A DNA stretch of 64,000 nucleotides from contig CAWEYL010000001.1 in assembly GCA_963813335.1 (NCBI GenBank), positions 487,567 through 551,566 on the forward strand. The letters are read 5' to 3'. How positions within the stretch are numbered: the first letter of the stretch is position 1; each line of letters opens with the position of its first letter. Source of the stretch: an uncultured Chloroflexia bacterium. GTDB lineage: Bacteria > Chloroflexota > Limnocylindria > Limnocylindrales > CSP1-4. The position numbers were made by a program, and so were the translations under genes. Shown piece after piece: positions 33,262-44,171 of this stretch. Under the pieces are notes generated by a model. It saw nothing but the letters and a program-made list of their open reading frames with translations. It searched no databases and was not told the DNA's origin.

Positions 33262-34894
33262 GTGCCGCGCCGCGCGCTCCTGTCGGTCTACGACAAGACC
33301 GGCCTCGTCGACCTCGGCCGCGGCCTCGTCGCCCGCGGATTCGAGCTCGTCTCCACCGGCGGCACGGCACGGACACTCCGCGACGCCGGGCTGCCCGTCT
33401 CCGACGTCGGCGCGGTCACCGGCTTCCCCGAGATGCTCGACGGCCGGGTCAAGACGCTCCACCCGCGGGTCCACGGCGGGCTGCTCGCCGACCGGCGGCT
33501 GGCCGACCACCGCCGGCAGATCCTCGCCGCGGCGATCGCCCCGTTCGACCTGGTCGTCTCGAACCTCTATCCGTTCGCCGCCGCGCTCGAGCGGCCGGGG
33601 ATCACCATCGACGGGCTGATCGAGGAGATCGACATCGGCGGGCCGTCGATGGTGCGGGCCGCGGCCAAGAACCACGCCAGCGTCGCGATCGTCACCGATC
33701 CCGCGCGCTACGACGCGATCCTCGCCGCCCTCGACACGCCCGAGGGCATCGATGCCGCCCTGCGGCGCGCGCTCGCGCTCGAGGCGTTCGCCCACACCGC
33801 GGCCTACGACGCCCGCATCGCCGCCGAGTTGCCCGGTCGCATGGCGGCCGCCGGCCTCGCGCTGCCCGACGAGCCGGGCCTGCCGGGCGCCAGCGACCCG
33901 TACCCCGCGCGGCTGACCGTGCCGCTCGAGAAGGTCGAGACGCTCCGCTACGGCGAGAACCCGCACCAGCCCGCGGCGCGGTACCGGCGTCCCGGCACGA
34001 CGGCCGCGGACGGCCCGTTCGGCGAGGAGCGCGCGCCGCTGCAGGGCAAGACCCTCTCGTACAACAACGTGCTGGACGCGGCTGCGGCGGCCGCCCTCGG
34101 GCGGGCGCTGCGCGGCCCGGGCGTGGTCATCGTCAAGCACACCAACCCGTGCGGCGCTGCCGAGCGGGCGACGCTCCTCGAGGCGTGGGAGGCCGCCCTC
34201 GAGGCCGACCCGGTCAGCGCGTTCGGTGGGGTCGTCGCCCTGACCCGCCCGGTCGAGCGGGCCGTCGCCGAGCGGCTCGTCTCGATCTTCCTCGAGATCG
34301 TGGTCGCGCCGGCCTTCGACACCGCCGCCCTCGAGGTGCTGGCCACCAAGCCGAACCTGCGCGTGCTCCTCGACCCGGCCCTCGCCTCGGACGAGCCCGT
34401 GCCGGCCGAGGCCGCCACGCCGACCGGCTCGATCCGGACGGCGGGCGGCGCGGTCCTCGTCACCGCGCCCGACATCGTCAGCGACCTCCCGGGCGTGTGG
34501 ACCTGCGCGACCCGGCGTGACCCCGACCGATGCCGAGCAGCTCGACCTCGACCTCGCCTGGCGGCTGGTCCGTGGCGTGACCTCGAACGCGATCGCGCTG
34601 GTGAAGGACCGCCGGCTGGTGGGGATGGGGAGCGGCCAGACCTCGCGCGTCGACGCGGCACGGCAGGCCGTGGCCAAGGCCCAGGCGATGCTCGGCCCGG
34701 AGTCGACGGTCGGCGCGGCCTGCGGCTCGGACGCGTTCTTCCCGTTCCCGGACGCCGTCGAGGCCTGTCTCGCCGCCGGGGTGACGGCCTTCGCCCAGCC
34801 CGGCGGCTCGATGCGCGACGCCGAGGCGGTCGCCGTGGTCGATGCCGCCGGGGGCACGATGCTGCTCACCGGCACGCGCCACTTCCGGCACTGA
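33262..34894 (+). CDS. purH: bifunctional AICAR formyltransferase/IMP cyclohydrolase (frameshift about 34513)
   Basis: RALLSVYDKTGLVDL, KTLHPRVHGGLL, IDIGGPSMVRAAAKNH. Canonical C-terminus ...LLTGTRHFRH in a second frame. Confidence 0.85.
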
Positions 34895-34954
34895 CGAAGG
34901 GCTTGTGAGGGCGGTCCGGCCGCACTACGATCGGTCGACCTAGCGGAGGTCACG

Positions 34955-35401
34955 GTGGACCGGTCCAACGAGGAGGTCGTGCGCGAGTACGCCGCGGCGG
35001 CGGCCGCCAACGACCTGGCGACCCTGACGCGTCTCCGCCATCCCGAGTGGATGACCACGTGGCCGCAGTCCGGCGAGCGGGTCGTCGGCAGCGACGCCTT
35101 CGCCGCGGTCGTCGCCGGGTATCCGGGCGGCAAGCCGACGACGGTCGTGGACCGCGTCGTCGGGGCAGAGGACCGCTGGGTCGTCACGCCCGGCAACACC
35201 GTCGTGCGCGTCTCGGGCAGCGGCGACCACTGGTGGGGCGCCTGGGTGATGACCTACCCGGACGGCGTCGTCTACCACTGCATCGACCTGATCGAGCTGC
35301 GCGATGGCCTGGTCCGGCGGGAGACCGTCTTCTGGGCGCCGCCGTTCGAGGCCCCCGACTGGCGGGCACCGTTCGTCGAACGGAGCGATGTGGGCGCCTG
35401 A
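34955..35401 (+). CDS. SnoaL-like/NTF2-fold protein
   Basis: 148 aa small alpha+beta protein. The fold assignment is by pattern only. Confidence 0.45.
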   Translation: MDRSNEEVVREYAAAAAANDLATLTRLRHPEWMTTWPQSGERVVGSDAFAAVVAGYPGGKPTTVVDRVVGAEDRWVVTPGNTVVRVSGSGDHWWGAWVMTYPDGVVYHCIDLIELRDGLVRRETVFWAPPFEAPDWRAPFVERSDVGA

Positions 35402-35441
35402 ACGGTCCCGGTAGACACCAAAGATTATTTTGCAAAGGTAC

Positions 35442-35470
35442 TTGTGCAAAGAAGTCTTTGCTGTTAGGAT
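35442..35470 (+). promoter_or_regulatory. promoter-like TTGTGC-N17-TAGGAT overlapping palindrome GCAAAGA-AG-TCTTTGC upstream of the ArsR-family regulator
   Basis: AT-rich island (35420-35470) in a 70% GC genome. 7-bp inverted repeat at 35446-35461 plus an extra half-site TGCAAAG at 35431-35437. ATG 6 nt after the -10. Confidence 0.5.
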
Positions 35471-35476
35471 GCGCCC

Positions 35477-36061
35477 ATGGACGCATGGGATCGCACCAGG
35501 GTCACCGAGGTCGAGGCGCTGCGCGCCATCGCCCACCCGCTCCGGGCGCGGCTGCTCGGGGCGCTGCGCCACGACGGCCCGGCGACGGCGACCGAGCTCG
35601 CCGGGCGCTTCGGCGAATCGAGCGGCTCGACGAGCTACCACCTGCGCCAGCTCGAGCGCTACGGCTTTATCGTGGAGGACGAGGAGCAGCGCTCGAAGCG
35701 CGAGCGCCGCTGGCGGGCCGCGGCCAAGTTCACCTCCTGGGACGACGCCGACTTCGTGGACCAGCCGGAGGGCCGCGAGGCGTCGGACGCGATGCACGAC
35801 CTGCAGGTCCACTGGCAGCTCCGCCGCGACCAGCAGTGGCGCTCGCGCCGTCTCGACTGGGACCGCGCGTGGCTCGGGGCCGCCGGGACCAGTGATGTCG
35901 AAGTCCGGCTGACGCCCGAGGCGACCCGCCGCTTCTTCGAGCGGTTCCTCGAGCTGGCGCGTGAGGCCGAGGCAGAGACCGAGGCGCAGGGCGACGAAGG
36001 CGCCGCGATCGTGTCGATCACCTTGCAGGCCGTGCCCGTCCACCCGGACGACCTCGTCTGA
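35477..36061 (+). CDS. ArsR-family winged-helix transcriptional regulator
   Basis: HTH region IAHPLRARLLGALRHDGPATATELAGRFGESSGSTSYHLRQLERYGFI. Overlaps the downstream MFS start (TGATG). Confidence 0.75.
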   Translation: MDAWDRTRVTEVEALRAIAHPLRARLLGALRHDGPATATELAGRFGESSGSTSYHLRQLERYGFIVEDEEQRSKRERRWRAAAKFTSWDDADFVDQPEGREASDAMHDLQVHWQLRRDQQWRSRRLDWDRAWLGAAGTSDVEVRLTPEATRRFFERFLELAREAEAETEAQGDEGAAIVSITLQAVPVHPDDLV

Positions 36062-37350
36062 TGCCCGCGACCCCGACCGGCCTCGCCCGCCGGTACGCCT
36101 TCCTCACCGCGCTCCGCTGGCTCCCGGTCGGGCTGACGATCCCGGTCAACGTCCTGCTGATGCAGGCGCGCGGCCTGGACCTTGCGGCGATCGGCGGTCT
36201 CTACGCCGTCTACGGCATCGTGACGGTCGCCCTCGAGCTGCCGACCGGCGGTCTCGCCGACGTCATCGGCCGGCGTGTGGTCCTGGTCGCCGCCGCGCTC
36301 GCGACCACCGTGTCGATGGCCGTCGCAGCGTTCGCGCAGGACGTGCCGTGGTTCCTGCTCGTCATGGTCCTCGGCGCGACCGGCCGCGCGCTCGGCTCCG
36401 GACCGCTCGACGCCTGGTACGTCGATGCGACCCATGCGCTCGATCCCGACGGGCCGGTGCGCCGCGGCATCGCCCGCGCGCAGAGCGCGGAGGCCCTGGC
36501 GCTCGGCATCGGCGCCGTGATCGGCGGCCTGCTGCCGACGCTGGCCAGCACGCTCTGGCCGACGCTCACCTCGGGCGCGCTGATCGCCCTGTCCATCCCC
36601 GTGCTGGCGGCCGCCGCCCTGATGTTCGCGAACGCCGTCGCCATCGTCCTCCTGGTCCGCGAGGAGCGGCCCGCCTGGACGGGCGTCCGGGCGATCGTCG
36701 GCGGGGTCCCGAGCACCGTCCGCGACGGCCTCCGACTCGGCGCCGGCGACTCCGTGCTGCGCCGGCTCATGGTCCGGGCGGGCCTCCTTGGCGTGGTGCT
36801 CGCCGGCATCGAGCTGCTCGCCCCGGGCACCTTCGCCGCGCTGCTCGGCGGCGAGGCCCAGGCCAGCCGGGCCTACGGGGTCTTCGCCGCCGCGGCGTTC
36901 GGGGCCAGTGCCGCCGGTGCCGCCCTCGCACCGGCCGTGGCGACGCGGCTCGGCGGCGGCGCGCGGGCCGCTGCGGTGGCCTCGTTCGCGGCCGGGTTCT
37001 CCGTCCTGCTCGTCGGCGCGCCGTTCCTCGCCGCGGTCGGGACCGGATACATCGGCGTCTACCTCCTGCTCGGGATCACCGGGCCGCTCACCTCGGAGCT
37101 GCTCCACGCCCGCGTCTCCGCGGCGCAGCGGACGACGCTCCTGTCGGTCGAATCGCTCGCACTCCAGGTCGGCGGCGTGGTCGCGAACCTGAGCCTCGGC
37201 GCGATCGTCGTCGCGACCTCGCTCGGCTGGGGGTTCGCGCTCATCGCGATCGCGCTGTTCGCCTCCGCGGCGTTGCTCGTCGGTCGGCCGTTCCGCGAAC
37301 CGGCGGCGGGCGACGTCCCGCGGCCGGCTGCCGCCCCCGAGGCCGGCTGA
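36061..37350 (+). CDS. MFS transporter
   Basis: 12-TM hydrophobic profile. MFS motif GGLADVIGRRVVL after TM2. Confidence 0.8.
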   Translation: MPATPTGLARRYAFLTALRWLPVGLTIPVNVLLMQARGLDLAAIGGLYAVYGIVTVALELPTGGLADVIGRRVVLVAAALATTVSMAVAAFAQDVPWFLLVMVLGATGRALGSGPLDAWYVDATHALDPDGPVRRGIARAQSAEALALGIGAVIGGLLPTLASTLWPTLTSGALIALSIPVLAAAALMFANAVAIVLLVREERPAWTGVRAIVGGVPSTVRDGLRLGAGDSVLRRLMVRAGLLGVVLAGIELLAPGTFAALLGGEAQASRAYGVFAAAAFGASAAGAALAPAVATRLGGGARAAAVASFAAGFSVLLVGAPFLAAVGTGYIGVYLLLGITGPLTSELLHARVSAAQRTTLLSVESLALQVGGVVANLSLGAIVVATSLGWGFALIAIALFASAALLVGRPFREPAAGDVPRPAAAPEAG

Positions 37351-37380
37351 GCCCCGCCTGACTGCTACCATCGCGCTCCC

Positions 37381-39030
37381 ATGAGCGACCGGCCCCGTTT
37401 CTACCTGACCACCTCGATCGCGTACGCGAACAACAAGCCGGGCATCCACACGCTCTACGAGGTGATCGGCGCCGACGCGATCGCCCGCTGGCACCGGATG
37501 CTCGGTCACGACACGCGCTTCCTGACCGGCACCGACGAGCACTCGATCAACATCGCGCAGGCCGCCGTGGACGAGGGACGGCCAACCCGCGAGTTCGTCG
37601 ACGAGAAGGTGGCGCTCTTCCACGCGTCCGAGGCCGCCCTCGGCATCGCCCCGGACCGCTTCATCCGGACGACGGATCCTGACCACGTCCGAGCGGCACA
37701 GGAGATGGTCCGCCGGGCCTACGCCAACGGCGACATCTACCCCGGCACGTACGAGGGCTGGTACTGCCCCAACGAGGGCTTCCGCAACGCCACCGACGTC
37801 ATCGAGACCGCCCAGGGGACCATCTGCCCGAACCACCCCGGCGTCCCGCTCCAGTGGCTGACCGAGCGGAACTGGTTCTTCCGGTTGTCCGCCTACCAGG
37901 AGCGCCTCGAGCGGCACTTCGCGGAGCACGACGACTTCGTCATGCCGACGTTCCGGCGCAACGAGATGCTCGGGTTCATCCGCAGCGGCCTCGAGGACTT
38001 CTCGATCAGCCGCGAGCGGACGCCAGGGGATTGGGGGATCCCGTTCCCGATCCGCGAAGACGGCTCGCCGTCGCAGCTGCCCGACGGGACGTGGGACCCG
38101 GCCGCCGGCAAGATCTACGTCTGGTACGACGCGCTGATCAACTACATCACGGGCGCCGGCTTCCCCGACGACCCGGCGGCGTTCGCGCGCTGGTGGCCGG
38201 CCGACCTGCACGTCATCGGCAAGGACATCGCCCGGTTCCACTCGATCTTCTGGCCGGCGATGCTGTGGAGCGCCGGCCTCGAGGCGCCTCGCCAGGTGTG
38301 GGTGCATGGCTGGCTGCTGGCGGCCGGCGGCGAGCGGATGAGCAAGAGCCGCGGCAACTTCCTCGACCCCGACGACTTCGTGGCCGCCTTCGGCCAGGAC
38401 GGCGCGCGCTACGTCGCGCTCCGCGAGGTGCCCTTCGACCGAGATGCCGAGGTCTCGTGGGACTCGTTCGTGCGCCGCTACAACGCCGACCTCGCCAACG
38501 ACTTCGGCAACCTCGTCAATCGCACGGTCAGCATGGTCAACCGCTACCTCGACGGCGAGCGGCCCGATCCCGTGCCGCCGACCGACGGCCGGCTGTCCTT
38601 CGACTGGGTCGCCATCCCTGGGATCTACGGCGCCGAGATCGAGAGCTGCCTGCTCCACGACGCGCTCAGCCTGCTGATCGAGACCTTCGTGCCCGCGGCG
38701 AACCGCATGGTCGACGCCGAGCGGCCGTGGGACCTGGCCAAGGCCTGGAAGGCGGGCGACGAGGGGGCGGGCGAACGCCTCCGCGGCGTCCTCGGCGACC
38801 TCGTGGAGGCCTGTCGGCTCGTCGGCCTGGCAGTCACGCCGTTCATGCCCGCGACCGGTCCGCGGGTCCTCGCCCAGCTCGGCTACGACTTCCCGTACAG
38901 CCCGGACGGTAACGGCGGGCCGCCCATCCTCGACGAGCTGGCCTGGGGCCGCCACGCCGGCGAGCCCGGGCGGGTGACCGCCCCCGAGCCGCTCTTCCCG
39001 CGGCTCGACGCGGAGCCCGGGCCGGGCTGA
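37381..39030 (+). CDS. metG: methionyl-tRNA synthetase
   Basis: KMSKS motif (RMSKSRGN), FLTGTDEHS, anticodon-binding C-terminal domain. The HIGH-motif position reads KPGIH (atypical). Confidence 0.9.
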   Translation: MSDRPRFYLTTSIAYANNKPGIHTLYEVIGADAIARWHRMLGHDTRFLTGTDEHSINIAQAAVDEGRPTREFVDEKVALFHASEAALGIAPDRFIRTTDPDHVRAAQEMVRRAYANGDIYPGTYEGWYCPNEGFRNATDVIETAQGTICPNHPGVPLQWLTERNWFFRLSAYQERLERHFAEHDDFVMPTFRRNEMLGFIRSGLEDFSISRERTPGDWGIPFPIREDGSPSQLPDGTWDPAAGKIYVWYDALINYITGAGFPDDPAAFARWWPADLHVIGKDIARFHSIFWPAMLWSAGLEAPRQVWVHGWLLAAGGERMSKSRGNFLDPDDFVAAFGQDGARYVALREVPFDRDAEVSWDSFVRRYNADLANDFGNLVNRTVSMVNRYLDGERPDPVPPTDGRLSFDWVAIPGIYGAEIESCLLHDALSLLIETFVPAANRMVDAERPWDLAKAWKAGDEGAGERLRGVLGDLVEACRLVGLAVTPFMPATGPRVLAQLGYDFPYSPDGNGGPPILDELAWGRHAGEPGRVTAPEPLFPRLDAEPGPG

Positions 39031-39037
39031 CCGCGGG

Positions 39038-39868
39038 ATGCGCCTGGTCGACAGCCACTGCCACCTCAACGCCGACCGCTTCGAGGGCGATGCCGACCTC
39101 GTGATCGGCGGCGCCCGGCTGGCTGGCGTCGAGCGGATCCTGGTCCCCGGCTGGAACGTCGCCTCGTGCGAGCGCGCCCTCGCGCTCGTCGACCGCTTCC
39201 CGTGGCTCGACGCGGCGGTGGGGGTCCATCCCCACGATGCCGCGAAGGTCGACGACGCCGCCTGGGCGGGTATCGCTGCCCTCGCCACGGACGACCGCGT
39301 GGTCGCGATCGGCGAGACCGGCCTCGACTACGACCGGGTCTTCAGCCCCATCGACGACCAGCTCGGCAACCTGCGCCGGAACCTGGCGCTCGCGCTCGAG
39401 ACGAGCAAGCCGGCCATCCTGCACTGCCGCTCCGGCGACGGCCGGCGGGACGCCCAGGACGCCCTCCTCGACGAGCTCCGCGCGGCCGGCGTCGGCGACG
39501 CCCGCTGGGCCGCGGCCTTCGGCGAGCGACCGCCGGCGGTCATCCACTCATATTCGGGCCCGCTCGACTACGCCCGGCAGGTGATCGACCTGGGGCTCGC
39601 GGTCAGTTTCTCGGGGCTCGTCTTCCGGGCGGGGGAGGAGGCGTCGGCGGCCGTCGCCGCGCTGGTGCCCCTCGACCGGCTGCTGACCGAGACCGATTCG
39701 CCGTTCCTGGCACCACCCGGCGCACCACGGTCGCGCAACGAACCCGAGTGGGTTCACGTCACATCGTCGTGGCTTGCTGACCAACGGCAGGTCACGATAG
39801 AGGAACTCGGCCCGTCACTCGTCGCCGCATATGATCGACTCTTCCCGAGTCGTCGGAGGACACCGTGA
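39038..39868 (+). CDS. tatD: TatD-family metal-dependent hydrolase/DNase
   Basis: VDSHCHL N-terminus, TETDSPFLAP motif. Conserved metG-tatD adjacency. Confidence 0.85.
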   Translation: MRLVDSHCHLNADRFEGDADLVIGGARLAGVERILVPGWNVASCERALALVDRFPWLDAAVGVHPHDAAKVDDAAWAGIAALATDDRVVAIGETGLDYDRVFSPIDDQLGNLRRNLALALETSKPAILHCRSGDGRRDAQDALLDELRAAGVGDARWAAAFGERPPAVIHSYSGPLDYARQVIDLGLAVSFSGLVFRAGEEASAAVAALVPLDRLLTETDSPFLAPPGAPRSRNEPEWVHVTSSWLADQRQVTIEELGPSLVAAYDRLFPSRRRTP

Positions 39869-40539
39869 ACCCCACCACGCGCCGCCCCGCCTCTCGGATC
39901 GCCGGCGGCCTGCTCACCGCCCTGGTGCTCGTCGTCAGCGCCTGCACCCAGGTCGCGCCGGCCTCGCCCTCGGCATCGCCGTCGGCGTCCCCGTCGGCAT
40001 CCCCGTCGGCCTCGACCGCCGTGGTGAGCCCGTCGCCTGTGGCGACGGCGACGGCGACCGTCATCCCCTCGGCATCCCCGTCCGCCACGCCCGTCCCCAC
40101 GACCTGCCCGATCGCCGAGCAGCAAGGCAACCTGCCCTCAGACCGTCTGATCGACATGAAGGTCGCCACGTCCGATAGCGCCGACACGCTCACGTTCGTC
40201 TTCGGCAATCTCTCGCTGCCGGGTCCCGGCGGCCAGCCGGTCGGCGACCTGACGGTCGCGACCAAGCCGTATACCCAGAGTGGGAGCGGCCAGCGGATCG
40301 TCATGGACGGCGACCGGGTGATCCAGGTCCGGTTCATGAACCTGTCCCTGGCGGCCGACACCGGCGAGACCGTGTACCAGGGCCCGGACTCGGTCAAGCC
40401 CCGCCTGCCGGCCCTCCGCCAGGCCACCGTGTACGACGCGTTCGAAGGGCAGATGGGCTACTACATCGGCTTCGACGGACCGGGCTGCGTCACGCTCGAG
40501 CGGGTCGGCCAGAACGTCGTCCTGACCTTCGCCCACTAG
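39865..40539 (+). CDS. lipoprotein with (SPSA)n linker, unknown function
   Basis: GTG start overlapping the tatD stop. Signal peptide with lipobox (VSACTQ). Tandem 12-nt repeats encode SPSASPSASPSASPSAS. Confidence 0.65.
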   Translation: MNPTTRRPASRIAGGLLTALVLVVSACTQVAPASPSASPSASPSASPSASTAVVSPSPVATATATVIPSASPSATPVPTTCPIAEQQGNLPSDRLIDMKVATSDSADTLTFVFGNLSLPGPGGQPVGDLTVATKPYTQSGSGQRIVMDGDRVIQVRFMNLSLAADTGETVYQGPDSVKPRLPALRQATVYDAFEGQMGYYIGFDGPGCVTLERVGQNVVLTFAH

Positions 40540-40600
40540 CCCGCCGACCATCTCGGCCGCCCACGACCGCCCGGAGCACCGACCCGGGCGGTCGTTCAGG

Positions 40601-40629
40601 TTGACAGCCGGGGCCCGCGTTCGGTAGTC
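40601..40629 (+). promoter_or_regulatory. sigma-A-type promoter of groES-groEL (TTGACA-N17-TAGTCT)
   Basis: ttgaca at 40601-40606, 17-nt spacer, tagtct at 40624-40629. Sits 5 nt upstream of CIRCE. Confidence 0.6.
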
Positions 40630-40634
40630 TCCAT

Positions 40635-40661
40635 TTGGCACTCTCCATGCGAGAGTGCCAA
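40635..40661 (+). promoter_or_regulatory. CIRCE (HrcA operator) inverted repeat TTGGCACTC-N9-GAGTGCCAA
   Basis: Perfect 9-bp inverted repeat with 9-nt spacer. Matches the CIRCE consensus TTAGCACTC-N9-GAGTGCTAA. About 200 nt upstream of groES. Confidence 0.85.
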
Positions 40662-40857
40662 GCATCGCTGGACCGTCATCGCACGGTCGTCCGCACAGGC
40701 CGCCGGCATGGACCGGCGGGAGGAGCGGGACCGAGCGCGGCAGGATGCCTCAGATGCGTTCACGGGCTGTCCGATCCGACCCCGTTCCCGGCCGGGTCCG
40801 CCGCCCGCCAGTCATGCCCGACGGCCGTCCGCCGGCCGCCACAGGAGGAATTGCACG

Positions 40858-42866
<2,009 letters not shown>

Positions 42867-42890
42867 TCCGGACCGTTCCTCTCGAACACA

Positions 42891-42920
42891 TCGAAGCCCC
42901 CGGCGTCGCCGGGGGCTTCG
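42891..42920. terminator. perfect 14-bp-arm palindrome between convergent groEL and the 42946-43290 gene
   Basis: cgaagcccccggcg/cgccgggggcttcg. No T-tract, as is common in high-GC genomes. Can act on both strands. Confidence 0.55.
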
Positions 42921-42945
42921 GGATTCCGGGCGGCGATCGAGGCGC

Positions 42946-43290
42946 TCAGTAGGAGGCCTTGCCCTCGACATTGCCCGATGGCGTGATCACGAGCCGGAAG
43001 GTCTTCGCGATCGTGCCGTCGAAGTCGGAGTACCAGTAGATCCCGCTTCCATCGCCCGACGCGATCTCGACGGCCTTGTCGGGCGCCGGGAACGGATACG
43101 CGCAGTGGAAAGTCTCCTTGCGCATGTTCTTGTTGATGACCTGGTTCTCGTCGCAGGTCATCGGGCGGACCGTGTTGGTCGCCGGGTCCCACCAGCCGGA
43201 CGCCATGTCCTTCGTGCTGGCGGCGGAGGCCGAGCCGACCGCGGTCAGCATCAGCGCGAGCAGGACGGGGATACCGATCAGTCGTCGCAT
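42946..43290 (-). CDS. small secreted protein, unknown function
   Basis: 114 aa. N-terminal signal peptide (MRRLIGIPVLLALMLTAVGSASAAS). Several Cys in the mature part. Downstream of the 43422-44171 gene on the same strand. Confidence 0.6.
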   Translation of the reverse strand: MRRLIGIPVLLALMLTAVGSASAASTKDMASGWWDPATNTVRPMTCDENQVINKNMRKETFHCAYPFPAPDKAVEIASGDGSGIYWYSDFDGTIAKTFRLVITPSGNVEGKASY

Positions 43291-43421
43291 GAGGCGTCCT
43301 CCGGAGGTCCGGTCGACCGGTCGGTCGACGTCTGACGCCGATGGTCGGCGTCACCCTGGAGCCGGTCATCGGTCGAACGACCTAGGGGCCTCCGGAACCA
43401 CGACCGATGCGCGGACCCCGG

Positions 43422-44171
43422 CTAGCGCCTGACGTGACGAGGCTTGAACCGCTTGTCCAGCCGCCAGTGGCCCTGGGCGACGCGCGCCCGGGCAAGCTCG
43501 AGGTCGTCGGCACCGGGCGTCGGCGCCAGCGCGAGGACGAACGTCTCGGCGATCCTCGACGGGAGCGCGGCGCCGTCCAGGTCCCCGACGGCCACCGGGC
43601 GCGGGTCCTCGCCGATCTCGGCGTAGCGGACGACGACCGACAGGCTCGAGCCGCCAGCCGGCAGCGTCAACGTCTGGCGGTCGGGGATGGCGATCTCCTC
43701 GCCCCGGGCGTCGAACGCGAGGCCAGGCTCGACATGGAGCCGGTCGCCGCCTGCGGCGCCCGAACGGTCGATCGAGACCTCGAGGCCGGTGACGACCCCG
43801 GCGCCGTGCAGCGCCCGGTTCCGGCGGCCCAGGCGCGCCCGGAAGTACGACTGCTCGTCCGCGAGATCGTCGGCGGTGAGGAGCTGTCCCTCGTAGAAGT
43901 TCGGTCGGCGGAGGGCGTGCTCCGTTTCGAGCGGCCCGAACGCGGAGAGCGCACCGGCGGCGCGTGCCAGGCGCTCCGCAGCGGTGATGCCGCGCTCGCC
44001 GAGCGGCTCCGGCCGCTGCTGCAGGTCCTCGGTCAGGAAGGCGAACAGCTGGAGCAGGGCGATCCCCGGATCGGACTCGTTGGTGTCGGTCCACGACGGC
44101 GCGTAGACAGCGACCTCGCGCCACAGGGCGGTCGCGAGTCGCGGCCACTGCTGCTCGTCGATCACGGGCAT
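43422..44171 (-). CDS. conserved hypothetical protein (about 250 aa), unknown function
   Basis: ATG at 44171 preceded by GGGGAGGAG RBS. Motifs DPGIALLQLFAFLTEDL, NFYEGQLLTADDLADEQSYF, NRALHGAGVVTGLEV. I cannot name the family from sequence alone. Confidence 0.6.
   Translation of the reverse strand: MPVIDEQQWPRLATALWREVAVYAPSWTDTNESDPGIALLQLFAFLTEDLQQRPEPLGERGITAAERLARAAGALSAFGPLETEHALRRPNFYEGQLLTADDLADEQSYFRARLGRRNRALHGAGVVTGLEVSIDRSGAAGGDRLHVEPGLAFDARGEEIAIPDRQTLTLPAGGSSLSVVVRYAEIGEDPRPVAVGDLDGAALPSRIAETFVLALAPTPGADDLELARARVAQGHWRLDKRFKPRHVRR

Noticed and set aside
31780-34908. 1042-aa ORF spanning purM/purN/purH
   Set aside because: Stop-free reading through out-of-frame parts of purM plus in-frame purN and purH in GC-rich DNA. 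Not a single gene. The real genes are purM (31496-32653), purN and purH.
35659-39288. 1209-aa minus-strand ORF
   Set aside because: Antisense to the well-conserved ArsR/MFS/metG/tatD genes. Low-complexity Arg/Ala/Gly-rich translation typical of a GC-skew artefact.
39961-40020. Short direct repeats resembling a CRISPR-like array
   Set aside because: 12-nt units without spacers, in frame within a lipoprotein gene, encoding SPSA repeats.
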